Made by a program: the position numbers and the translations under genes
The notes under the pieces: generated by a model
The model's database searches: none
The model's input: the letters and a program-made list of their open reading frames with translations, nothing else
What the model was told of the DNA's origin: nothing
Part shown: in pieces, positions 31,948 through 40,667 of the stretch
Numbering within the stretch: position 1 is the stretch's first letter
Layout of the letters: the number at the start of each line of letters is the position of its first letter
Source: Abditibacterium sp.
GTDB taxonomy: Bacteria; Armatimonadota; Abditibacteriia; Abditibacteriales; Abditibacteriaceae
Direction of reading: 5' to 3'
NCBI GenBank assembly: GCA_965199495.1
Contig: CBDASK010000003.1
Span: forward strand, 4,192,001 to 4,256,000
DNA length: 64,000 bases

Positions 31948-34533
31948 TTATAATCCTGTTGCCGACAGTGCGCGCGCTGTGACCTGGGTGGAGCGTTCGG
32001 CGTTTGGCCCAAACTTCCACGTTTTTTTTGAGCGCAATACGCGCAGTTCTTCGCCTCGCCACAGCAGCTTTTCTCCCCAGCGTGCGGGCAAAATTTGATC
32101 GTTCAATGTGAAATCAAAGCGACGCGGCGCGCGCCCCTCGAACTCGCGCCAGATCGTCTGGGCCAGAGATTGGGCGTAGGCATCGAAGGCCATTGAGCCG
32201 ATGAACTCTTGGCGAACCAACAACCAGCGCGGCCACGACGCGATTTCCGAAAGTGGATCGGTGGCTGGAAGCGGCGTCGTCGCCAGCCCGGTGAATATTG
32301 ACGGCACATAATTCTCATAGCTGCCTTCGGGCGCTTTCCCCCAAACCGCTACTCTTGTGTATGCGTGCTCAAGTAACCCCTGTGCCGAATACGCTGAAAG
32401 TATCGGCCACGCGCTCAAGCGGTCGTCCTGCGTTACGTCTATGCCCGACGTCGTTTCGTGCAACGTGTGGATTTTTTGACCACGCTCTGCGAAGATTAAA
32501 TTTGAGTGCCCGTAAACGAACGCGCCTCGCCCGCCCTCGGTCGGCCCCATCGCCGGATCGTAGAACCACGCTGCATAATCGGCCTCGCCCAGCGTATCGG
32601 CCCATTTCTCCACGTCCGAGCCAAACGGCGGCGCCAAATCGAATCCGGCTTTCGTCGGTTGATTGGTGCTGCGGAAATAGTCGTTTCCCGAACTGGATTT
32701 GAGCGGATAATGGTTGCGCGGCAAGTAGCGCGACCAATCACCGTTCCCATTGAGTGCGCCCGCCCAATCGCTGCCCAACTCGTAGCCGATTAACTTTTGA
32801 AAACATTGTCCTCCGTAGAGATTGCCTCCGTGTTCGTGCAAATCCAAATCGAGCGGCGCATACCGTTCGTTGACCAGCGCCGCTGGCGCGCGCAGCCGAA
32901 TGCGTGGATCGAGAGCCGTGATCGAGAAATGTTGGTTATTGAAACCGTCGCTGCTTCCACCATCGGGCAACAAGTATCCGAAAAAGTCGCGCGCCCAGTT
33001 GCCGTCGTTGTTGACATCAGATTCGATGAGAATGGGACGAAACGGCAAAATTGCGGCTTCCCAACCGGGCACATGACGCTTCAGCATCTCAACTGAAACT
33101 TCGAGCTTGGCCTGCGCGCTGGGCAGCGATTCGGGATCGCCCGATTCGACTTCCAGACTGTCCATCGCCATGCGAAAATTAACCGGCGCGGGCGGAGGCG
33201 TGGGCGCCGTCGGTGGAAACTGCGCGGCGAAGCACATCAAAACGGGCGCTATCTCTCGCGTGCCGCGCAGCTTCACGCTGTAGTCAATGCGCCCAATACC
33301 ATTTTCAGACTCGTGCCACTTCGCGTTGATACTGGTTCTTTCCAAATCGGTGCCCAACATCTGCGCCTTGCCTTTAGCCAGCAACGCGTTGATGACCTCA
33401 TCGAAGAACGAAATACCAGTAGTAACGGACGTTTCATTGGGAAGGGGAATTCGCGTAATTTCGTCGCTTTTGCACTCCCACTCGACTGCGCTTGACGGCG
33501 GCGCGGCGGCAGGCACTTCGCGGTCGAAATTGACCTCACGATCAAACGACAACTTTGCGAATTGGATCACGACATCGGCGCCAAAAATTGAGACGCGCAA
33601 AGGCGACGCACGCCATGTCACGGGCGAAAACGTCGGCGAGTTGTTGGCGCCCTTTTTAGCCTGTCCAACCCACCATGTTTCACCATCGATCTCGACTATG
33701 AGCAAACCCGCTTGGATGTAGACCGTCACCACATGACGAGACTTCCACCATTTCTCATCCAGCGCGCCCGCGTCGTCGAAACGCCTGATCAATCTCCATC
33801 GTAACTGGGCGTTTTTATCAGCGCCTTTGCGTTCGAGTTGGACGCGCGCGGTTTTGCCGATGCCGCGAAATACCAGACTCCAACTATTGCCCCACTCCAA
33901 TCGAATCGCAGGCTCACTGGCATGTCCCCACGCCACGCCGTCACAATCGAGCGACCAACTCACGCCTTCATCGGCGCCCCACTGCTCACTGCGAACCTTG
34001 ACCGTGCGATTGGCGGGCGCGGCGCGGTGGTGCAGCCCCGCCCACTGCGGGAAGCGAAGCGGAATCACGCACTCCCATTTGTCGCCCTGTTGGGTGAACC
34101 AATGAAGCACTATCTCACCTTGAGGCAGACGTGGGCGCAGATCGTAATCGGGACTGCCGGGCGGTTTCGCAGGGTCTTCAATCGTCGAATGAACGCGCTG
34201 AAACGCGGGGCGAACCGTCCATCCGCAAAGTTCTTTTTGAGGGTTGGAAGCGGCGGCGGCGCGAACGCCGCGTTCGATGCGGCCACTGCGGTCGCCACCG
34301 ACAAAGCGCACCCATTCCATCGGGCCACTCACATTCTTGATGTATTGTTGGCCTTGCCATTCAAGCGCCTCGAAACCTGTCGCAGAGTTACCTTCGCCGC
34401 CCTCACCTCTATCGGGCAAAATCAGCCCCGAATAGGAATCGTGGAGAGCTACCGGCGTGCGGTAAGCCGCGTCGGGATCGAGCGGCCACACCCACACGCG
34501 CACCTCGGAGTGGACTTCCTGAAGTTGGGGCAT
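31948..34533 (-). CDS. Putative tail tip/hub-like protein
   Basis: About 860 aa, second gene of the distal tail block; function inferred from position. Confidence 0.55.
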   Translation of the reverse strand: MPQLQEVHSEVRVWVWPLDPDAAYRTPVALHDSYSGLILPDRGEGGEGNSATGFEALEWQGQQYIKNVSGPMEWVRFVGGDRSGRIERGVRAAAASNPQKELCGWTVRPAFQRVHSTIEDPAKPPGSPDYDLRPRLPQGEIVLHWFTQQGDKWECVIPLRFPQWAGLHHRAAPANRTVKVRSEQWGADEGVSWSLDCDGVAWGHASEPAIRLEWGNSWSLVFRGIGKTARVQLERKGADKNAQLRWRLIRRFDDAGALDEKWWKSRHVVTVYIQAGLLIVEIDGETWWVGQAKKGANNSPTFSPVTWRASPLRVSIFGADVVIQFAKLSFDREVNFDREVPAAAPPSSAVEWECKSDEITRIPLPNETSVTTGISFFDEVINALLAKGKAQMLGTDLERTSINAKWHESENGIGRIDYSVKLRGTREIAPVLMCFAAQFPPTAPTPPPAPVNFRMAMDSLEVESGDPESLPSAQAKLEVSVEMLKRHVPGWEAAILPFRPILIESDVNNDGNWARDFFGYLLPDGGSSDGFNNQHFSITALDPRIRLRAPAALVNERYAPLDLDLHEHGGNLYGGQCFQKLIGYELGSDWAGALNGNGDWSRYLPRNHYPLKSSSGNDYFRSTNQPTKAGFDLAPPFGSDVEKWADTLGEADYAAWFYDPAMGPTEGGRGAFVYGHSNLIFAERGQKIHTLHETTSGIDVTQDDRLSAWPILSAYSAQGLLEHAYTRVAVWGKAPEGSYENYVPSIFTGLATTPLPATDPLSEIASWPRWLLVRQEFIGSMAFDAYAQSLAQTIWREFEGRAPRRFDFTLNDQILPARWGEKLLWRGEELRVLRSKKTWKFGPNAERSTQVTARALSATGL

Positions 34534-35891
34534 CAGTTCACGTCCTCCTTCGCCCATCGCGCGCCCTCGTTATCGGTTCGCCACACAAACAGAGTTCCCG
34601 AACTGGACTCGCGCGCAAACAATCGAATCGCGCCGCCTTCGCCCGCTTCGAGGCTGACGCCGCCCTTGAGCGGCAAAGTCGAACCATCCGTCGTCTCGGC
34701 ACGCCCCGTTTTGGTCACGCTAAATCCGTCGTCGCCACGTTCCAACAACGCGTAAGCGGGCTTTTTTTCGTCGTCGGTGCCATAGAACAAAACTTTGGTT
34801 TGACCAGACAAAACGCAGTTGCAAATCGGCGTGATAGGAAGTGGTTGATTCATGAAACGATTCCAGTCTTCGCCTCGATTGACGGAGAGAAAAGCGCGCA
34901 GTTGGGACGGGTTGCCGCCGGTTGCGCCCACGCACACACGCGCATTGCCTTCGAGCCGGAGCAGTTGCAGGCCACGCAAGCGCGAATCGCGCTCAATGGT
35001 GCCGTTGTCGCCCTCATCTATTTTATCAGTTTCGAGCGTGATGCCGTGCCCATACTCAATTTGTCCTTCGAGCAGAGTCCCTCGCGTCTGGCGCGTGCGA
35101 CGACAGACAACTTTTGGCTTGCTTGCGCTTCGATCAACAAAGACGTGCAGACGTTCACCGGTGCGCGCATCGAGCAAAAACGCTTCGCCCGCCGCGCCTT
35201 CGCGCCCTGAAACCGTGTAGCGCGCCTCGGTAAGAATCGAGCTTTGCCACGAGTCCATCACTGTATCGAGCACCGCGCCTTCGGGAACCTCGACGCGGTA
35301 ATAAGACGATTGCCAGACCGCATGGAAGGTATAGCCTCCGACAGTGGCGGCGCCTTCGGGCATGAATATTGAAAAACCACGCTCGACATCGTATTTCTGG
35401 CGCGGCGTCGCGTTAGGCAAAAACGAAACGGTGTCAATGAATCGCCATGCGCCAGATTGACCGTAAATGTTGAGCGCGTCCACCTGAGCCGGATCATTGA
35501 CATTTTCGACGATAGCGCAGGCTTGCCCATCCACGATGCTGGTTTGCTGCGCGCCGCTACCGCCGTCCCCCAAAGGTTGCCACGTCACCAAGGCCAGCCC
35601 GCCGCCCAGTGAAAGCGCGATTACGCGCGCCGTCCAGGTGATGGTTTGCTCGAACAGAACGCTTGCCGTCAATTTGCCCTGCGCATCGCGAGAACCATCT
35701 TCGCGCAAGCGCACTTTCCACTGCCCTTTCAAATCAACTTGAGAAATGCCAAAATCGCCCGGATTGATAAAAACCTGCACTTCGAGCGCCTTGCGGTAAG
35801 CAAACGCATCCCAGATGTCCTCTACGGGAAGCTCGCCCTTGACGGTGCCGTTTTGTCCGCCCTTGACGTTCTCGAAATCGGTGTAAGCCAC
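34533..35891 (-). CDS. Phage tail protein (distal-tail position)
   Basis: First minus-strand structural-type ORF after tape measure once the inserted module is skipped. Confidence 0.55.
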   Translation of the reverse strand: MAYTDFENVKGGQNGTVKGELPVEDIWDAFAYRKALEVQVFINPGDFGISQVDLKGQWKVRLREDGSRDAQGKLTASVLFEQTITWTARVIALSLGGGLALVTWQPLGDGGSGAQQTSIVDGQACAIVENVNDPAQVDALNIYGQSGAWRFIDTVSFLPNATPRQKYDVERGFSIFMPEGAATVGGYTFHAVWQSSYYRVEVPEGAVLDTVMDSWQSSILTEARYTVSGREGAAGEAFLLDARTGERLHVFVDRSASKPKVVCRRTRQTRGTLLEGQIEYGHGITLETDKIDEGDNGTIERDSRLRGLQLLRLEGNARVCVGATGGNPSQLRAFLSVNRGEDWNRFMNQPLPITPICNCVLSGQTKVLFYGTDDEKKPAYALLERGDDGFSVTKTGRAETTDGSTLPLKGGVSLEAGEGGAIRLFARESSSGTLFVWRTDNEGARWAKEDVN

Positions 35892-36007
35892 TAATTAACT
35901 TCCTCTCTTGCGATTTGCTTGATCGCATCGGCAGGAAAGCGGCGAGGGAAGTTTCGCTTTTGACCTGGCTTCTCTGGTAAAGGACATGATTCAACCGAGA
36001 TGATTAC

Positions 36008-36232
36008 TCAGGACGCGTGATATTCAATCAGGTCGCTGATACTGGAAACAGAAAAGTAGGCGCAGAGCGTGTCAAGTGTTGCAAGGCGAACGCCGTCGAT
36101 TTTGCCCGATGACACTCGATGGATTGTTGCCAGTGCAAGCCCGGTTTCAGAGGCTATTGTCCGCAGGGGTAAATCTCGTTGTTCCTCAAAAGCCTTGCGG
36201 CGCCGTAAATCTTGAAAGTGCGATTTCATCAT
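36008..36232 (-). CDS. XRE/Cro-like HTH transcriptional regulator
   Basis: LRTIASETGLALATIHRV..VRLATLDTLCAYF..ISDLIEY. Confidence 0.85.
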   Translation of the reverse strand: MMKSHFQDLRRRKAFEEQRDLPLRTIASETGLALATIHRVSSGKIDGVRLATLDTLCAYFSVSSISDLIEYHAS

Positions 36233-36312
36233 TCTGCCTTGAATTTTCACGCATAGGAAAGACTGTGTGTGCATTGTCCCTTATTTTATCACAAATTAAA
36301 TCTTTTTAGATT

Positions 36313-36350
36313 TTTTTGTTCTTGTATTCTATAACAAAAAGACTTAAACT
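36313..36350 (+). promoter_or_regulatory. Sigma70-like promoter with overlapping inverted-repeat operator
   Basis: TTGTAT(36322)-N17-TAAACT(36345); tttttgtt/aacaaaaa inverted repeat spanning the -35 box. Confidence 0.55.
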
Positions 36351-36443
36351 GTCGCCGTCCGGCGAAAAGGACGCCGATAAACAGAAACGCCCCGCTTGAA
36401 TCTTGGTAGGACGAAAAGCGGGGCGTTGGTAGGAATAAACCCA

Positions 36444-36977
36444 ATGGAAAATATACCACAAAACGCGGGCGATTTCAACGCCCCCAGTGAGAACGCCACC
36501 CCTGCCGTTTCTCCCACTCCTAACCAAGACCTGCTAAAGGTCGGACTTTTCTCGTCCGTTGACCTGATGGCTCTAAGAAGCTTTGGGGATACGCCGATGC
36601 AACTGGCGACGGCGGCGCAAGAGTTAATCGCCGCTACGGAAACTAAGCCTCGCAATGAGTGGGGCAACTACGGACGCTTTGATTTTTCGAGCCAAGCCGA
36701 TAGTGCCCGTAACGCTTATGCGGCGATTCGCATCTGTCGAACCGCCCTCGATTTCCTCGAAGCGGACTTGGCAAAATCGGTCGATTTTGAGAGCTACAAT
36801 TACCGGCAACAGGTATTGCTTTTCACCAAATGGTCGCCTCCAAAGTCAAGGGTAGAGAGTGCCGAGGATGCTTACTGGGAGTTAATGGAGCGGTTGAATG
36901 AGGCGGGCCTGTCTTACGATGAGTTCAAGGAAATCATGGACGAAGAGGCGGGCGACGATGGGGAGGTGGAAGCCTAG
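36444..36977 (+). CDS. Acidic hypothetical protein
   Basis: ATG after aggaat RBS; first gene of the plus-strand module. Confidence 0.65.
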   Translation: MENIPQNAGDFNAPSENATPAVSPTPNQDLLKVGLFSSVDLMALRSFGDTPMQLATAAQELIAATETKPRNEWGNYGRFDFSSQADSARNAYAAIRICRTALDFLEADLAKSVDFESYNYRQQVLLFTKWSPPKSRVESAEDAYWELMERLNEAGLSYDEFKEIMDEEAGDDGEVEA

Positions 36978-36979
36978 TC

Positions 36980-37017
36980 GGGCGACGTGGCTGCTGTTGA
37001 TAGCAGCCACGTCGCCC
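36980..37017. other. Perfect 16-bp intergenic hairpin
   Basis: gggcgacgtggctgct-gttgat-agcagccacgtcgccc. Confidence 0.75.
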
Positions 37018-37028
37018 TTGGCCTTGAC

Positions 37029-37376
37029 ATGAAACTACAAGCCAAAGGAGACAGCAAACAAAAGCGAGTGACTCGAATTGTCCTCGAAGCCGAAACGCGA
37101 GCCGACGAAGCGGTTTTATATGCGAAGTATTTGGAGTTGAAGGAAGAGACTCCTAAGCTCGCGTCAATCTACCAAGACGTGCTCGACCTGGTCGAAGAGG
37201 GCATCGGCCTCGCCTCCGAAATTTCCGATGCTCTCGACGTTCCTCTGACCGCAATGAACAACCGTCTGGCTCACCTCAAGAAGATGGGCCTCATAGAGCG
37301 CGAAAAGGTTGCCGCCCCTGCTGGCGGGCGCCGCTTCATTTATCGAATTAGTTCGACGGAACAAGGAGATGCTTGA
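37029..37376 (+). CDS. Winged-HTH (ArsR/MarR-like) protein
   Basis: ASEISDALDVPLTAMNNRLAHLKKMGLIER..GGRRFIY. Confidence 0.75.
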   Translation: MKLQAKGDSKQKRVTRIVLEAETRADEAVLYAKYLELKEETPKLASIYQDVLDLVEEGIGLASEISDALDVPLTAMNNRLAHLKKMGLIEREKVAAPAGGRRFIYRISSTEQGDA

Positions 37377-38005
37377 TGAGCGATAAAACTTTCGGCGCAC
37401 GACTGCGCCAGATGCGCGAGGCAGTCGGCATCAGTCGGCGTGACTTGGCGGCGCGCGCGCAACTTTCCGAAACGTATATCGAGAAGGTGGAGCGCGGATA
37501 CAATGCGCCGCCGTCGGCTTTAGCGATTGCCGACATTGCGCGCGCGCTCCGAGTTGACGGCGATGAGCTTTTCGCCCTTGCGGGCAAGCTGGCGCCCGAC
37601 TTGGAGCGCCGCTTACGTTCGGAGCCGTTATTAGTGCTGGCCTGTCGTGCAGCCACGGCGATGTCGTCTTCTGACTTGCGAGCCTTCTTGATCACGCAGG
37701 GAGTGAGCGGGGAGAAGATGGATTGGCAGGGCGCCGAGGTGACGATGAACGACGAAAGGCGGGTGCGGCGGGAGATTATCACTTCGGAAATGAAGCGCGC
37801 AGTCTTTCATCTTGACAGTCACGAGTGCGTTTATTGTTCGTCGGCGAAGTTGCTTGAAGTTGATCATGTTCAGCCGTTTTCATCGGGCGGCACCAATGAC
37901 ATTGAAAATCTGGTGACGGCTTGCGAGAGGTGTAACAAGAAGAAGTCGAATCGTGCCACGCCGTTTGTTATGGTGTTTGGGCGATTTCGGGGGGAGGTAA
38001 AATAA
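37373..38005 (+). CDS. XRE HTH - HNH endonuclease fusion
   Basis: N-terminal FGARLRQMREAVGISRRDLA; C-terminal CVYC..LEVDHVQPFSSGG..NLVTACERCNKKK. Confidence 0.85.
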   Translation: MMSDKTFGARLRQMREAVGISRRDLAARAQLSETYIEKVERGYNAPPSALAIADIARALRVDGDELFALAGKLAPDLERRLRSEPLLVLACRAATAMSSSDLRAFLITQGVSGEKMDWQGAEVTMNDERRVRREIITSEMKRAVFHLDSHECVYCSSAKLLEVDHVQPFSSGGTNDIENLVTACERCNKKKSNRATPFVMVFGRFRGEVK

Positions 38006-38007
38006 TT

Positions 38008-39345
38008 ATGAAACGAATGCGCGCCTACAAAGTGGAGCTTGCTCCGAATAATACTCAGAAAACCGCACTGCTTCGTCATTGCGGTGCGGCGCGATTCGTT
38101 TACAATTGGGGACTAAACGCCAAGATCGAAGCTCGCAAAGGCGGCGAAAAGCCTCTGTCCGCCCAAAAGCTGGACGGAGTTTTGCGCTCGATCATGGACG
38201 AAGAATTCCCTTGGATGCGAGAGGTTTCGTCCCAATGCCGCCAGGGGGCGCTCGCCAATCTTGAAGCGGCTTACAAGAATTTTTTCACTCGCTGCAAGAA
38301 AGGCAAAAAGGGGCGCGCAACTGGCTTTCCCAAATTCAAAAGTCGCAAGAATGGACTCGGAGGGTTCGTCGTCTTTGGATATACCATCACGAATGACTCG
38401 GTAAAAATCTCTCGCGTCGGCACCGTTCGACTCAAAGAAAAGGGCTATTTACCGATTGGAGGCTATGGAAAAAATTCTGATACCGTGCGCTTTTATGGTG
38501 CGAGAGTGAGTGAGCGGGCGGGTCGATGGTTCCTTTCTGTTCAAGTTGAGGTCGAAGCGCCCGAACCTGATCAGAAGTCGGAGAGGATTGTTGGCATAGA
38601 TTTCGGCGTGAAAACGTTAGCGGTTTGCAGCGATGGCACCACGTTTCAAAGCCCCAAGGCGCTCAAGGCCAATCTGAAGCGGCTGGCGCGCGCGCAACGT
38701 TCGATGAGCCGTAAGATTGAAGCGGCTAAGAAGTCTGGCCGCGCCTTGCGCGAGTGCAAAAACTTTCAGAAGTCAAAGACGCGCGTGGCGAAAATCCACG
38801 CGCGAGTGGCCGATTTGCGGCGCCATAATCTGCACCACGTTTCTCATGTGCTGACGCGAAAATCAAGCGTTTTGTGCATCGAAGATTTGAACGTGGCGGG
38901 CATGGTGAAAAATCGGCATTTGGCGCGCGCGATTAGCGATTTAGGCTTTGGAGAGTTACGCCGTCAAATCGAATATAAATCGGAGTGGCGCGGCGTTGAA
39001 GTCGTGATTGCAAATCGTTGGTTTCCCAGTTCAAAAACGTGTAATGCGTGCGGACTGGTGAATCAGGAATTACAGTTGAAGGATCGAGAATGGAAGTGTG
39101 AGTGTGGCGAGCGGCATGACCGCGATTTGAACGCCGCTTATAATTTGAGAGATTTGGCCGCGAATCGCGCGGTGTCTGACTGTGGAGGGAAAAGCTCTGG
39201 CGATGCGCTTGCGCGTCGTGAAACTATTCCCTGTGAAGCAGTAAGCGGGCTTGAAACTCTGGTTTCTATCAGCCCCGCACCTACTGAGAACAGTAGCATC
39301 CCTGTGTGGGCGGTCGGGAAAAACGGACAATTACGATGGTGTTAA
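38008..39345 (+). CDS. tnpB: TnpB / Cas12-like RNA-guided endonuclease, CRISPR-associated
   Basis: RAYKVEL..RFVYNWGL, GFPKFKSRK, RuvC-I VGIDFG, RuvC-II CIEDL, zinc finger CNAC/CECG, RuvC-III DRDLNAA; no tnpA nearby. Confidence 0.93.
   Translation: MKRMRAYKVELAPNNTQKTALLRHCGAARFVYNWGLNAKIEARKGGEKPLSAQKLDGVLRSIMDEEFPWMREVSSQCRQGALANLEAAYKNFFTRCKKGKKGRATGFPKFKSRKNGLGGFVVFGYTITNDSVKISRVGTVRLKEKGYLPIGGYGKNSDTVRFYGARVSERAGRWFLSVQVEVEAPEPDQKSERIVGIDFGVKTLAVCSDGTTFQSPKALKANLKRLARAQRSMSRKIEAAKKSGRALRECKNFQKSKTRVAKIHARVADLRRHNLHHVSHVLTRKSSVLCIEDLNVAGMVKNRHLARAISDLGFGELRRQIEYKSEWRGVEVVIANRWFPSSKTCNACGLVNQELQLKDREWKCECGERHDRDLNAAYNLRDLAANRAVSDCGGKSSGDALARRETIPCEAVSGLETLVSISPAPTENSSIPVWAVGKNGQLRWC
39180..39345 (+). 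ncRNA. Putative omegaRNA/tracrRNA-like scaffold with anti-repeat
   Basis: Hairpins gcgggcttga..tcagccccgc and ctactg-agaa-cagtag; anti-repeat catccctgtg-N9-gggaaaaac at 39297-39324; boundaries approximate. Confidence 0.6.
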
Positions 39346-39363
39346 ATCCTATCTGTCATGTGT

Positions 39364-39514
39364 GTTTTTCCCACACGCACAGGGATGGATGGAATACCTC
39401 AAGGCGACCGGCGAACTGCTCGATGTTTTTCCCACACGCACAGGGATGGATGGATTGTTTTCCGACCAACTACACCGAAGCGGGCGTTTTTCCCACACGC
39501 ACGGGGATGGATGG
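39364..39514 (+). CRISPR. CRISPR mini-array: 3 x 29-bp repeats, 2 x 32-bp spacers (type I-E-like)
   Basis: GTTTTTCCCACACGCAC(A/G)GGGATGGATGG at 39364, 39425 and 39486; spacers 39393-39424 and 39454-39485. Confidence 0.92.
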
Positions 39515-39723
39515 CCTTGGGAGGGGCCGGTTGCCTGATGCGTCATTATTGGTGTGGGGTGAAGGCACAATGGCTATATGTGGACTTTCTGCGCGGGTGG
39601 CGCCGCGCTTGCACAAAAGTCGCTTGGCATTTATATGGCGACGCGACAATCTCCCTCGAAAGAAATATGAGTAAGGCAATAGTAGCATTAGCGACCTCAT
39701 CGAATACTCGCCGCCATCATGAA

Positions 39724-39752
39724 GTGTTCCCCGCGAGTGCGGGGATGAACCG
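39724..39752 (+). CRISPR. Solitary canonical type I-E repeat
   Basis: GTGTTCCCCGCGAGTGCGGGGATGAACCG; no repeat 61 bp up- or downstream. Confidence 0.8.
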
Positions 39753-39834
39753 ACTGAGTGAGTTAGCTTTCGCAACGAAGCGATGGCAAAAGCGTCGTAT
39801 AAAGTCCCGCAAAGTGAATCTCTTCTTTTGACCC

Positions 39835-39862
39835 TTGTCAAAGGCATTAAATTCGCTAAAAT
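39835..39862 (+). promoter_or_regulatory. Sigma70-like promoter
   Basis: TTGTCA-N16-TAAAAT, then aggagg RBS before ATG 39903. Confidence 0.5.
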
Positions 39863-39902
39863 TAAGTGAGTGATTCATTCACTCACAGGAGGCAAAACAT
39901 CA

Positions 39903-40124
39903 ATGGCAATAAAATCACGGTCAAGGACGTTCACTGTCGAGCCGTCTTACACAGAACTGGTTAATCCCGCACTTTTTTTGAAGATGTGCAAAAGTAGCAG
40001 AGAAAACATCGAGTTCGTTCGCATAGTCCCGCCGCGCCTCGGCAGCAAAACGGTTGGCGGACGAATTTTGGTCAGGCGCAAAAAACCCATCTATCGGATG
40101 CCATTTCGGAGTCCGATTAAATGA
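39903..40124 (+). CDS. Small basic hypothetical protein (moron)
   Basis: Strong RBS; overlaps the next gene; low GC. Confidence 0.65.
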   Translation: MAIKSRSRTFTVEPSYTELVNPALFLKMCKSSRENIEFVRIVPPRLGSKTVGGRILVRRKKPIYRMPFRSPIK

Positions 40125-40588
40125 TGAATCTGCCTGAAAACAACAACTCAGCGTCAGAGCCACAATCCCTGATTCAAAACCCAGAAATTTTGGCTGTGAT
40201 GCTGAAAAACCAAGAGTCTGAAATTCGAGTCCGCAGCGAAGACATCAAGTTTAAAGACAAAGAGCTTGGCTTACGTGAACGAGAAATAGATAAAGCTCAC
40301 GAGTTCGCAATGAAGTCGCTTGATGTGCAGGCATCAGATAGAGTCGATGAAAGGAAGTTTCAAAGGTCTCTTACGACCAAAATATTTTTGTTTCTTGGGA
40401 TTGCCTTAAGCATGATTGTTTTGGGGTTCTGCTATGCCATTCATCTTGGTAAAGATGCAATCGTGATGGAAATTGTCAAAGCGATGATTTATCTGGGTGC
40501 TGGCGGTCTTGGTGGCTACTCTGCAAAATCCACCAAAGATAAAAAGAAAAATGATGATGAAAGCTGGGCAGAAGAAGACGAGGATTGA
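40121..40588 (+). CDS. Coiled-coil, two-TM membrane protein (DUF2335-like, moron)
   Basis: N-terminal coiled coil, two TM helices, GLGGY motif; low GC. Confidence 0.65.
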   Translation: MMNLPENNNSASEPQSLIQNPEILAVMLKNQESEIRVRSEDIKFKDKELGLREREIDKAHEFAMKSLDVQASDRVDERKFQRSLTTKIFLFLGIALSMIVLGFCYAIHLGKDAIVMEIVKAMIYLGAGGLGGYSAKSTKDKKKNDDESWAEEDED

Positions 40589-40597
40589 ATAATGAAT

Positions 40598-40630
40598 AAA
40601 AGGGACTGGCGAATTCGCCAGTCCCTTTTT
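40598..40630. terminator. Bidirectional intrinsic terminator
   Basis: aaaagggactggcgaattcgccagtcccttttt. Confidence 0.85.
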
Positions 40631-40667
40631 GCTTTTTCGAGAGTTTTGATTTAAAATTGAGGGCACT

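Noticed and set aside
38008..39345. Ordinary IS200/IS605 or IS607 insertion
   Set aside because: No tnpA, the gene sits 2 bp behind the upstream ORF with no room for a left end, and the 3' side has an anti-repeat and array; a decayed IS is not fully excluded
39251..39847. ORFs overlapping the CRISPR array
   Set aside because: Translations simply echo the repeats; likely spurious
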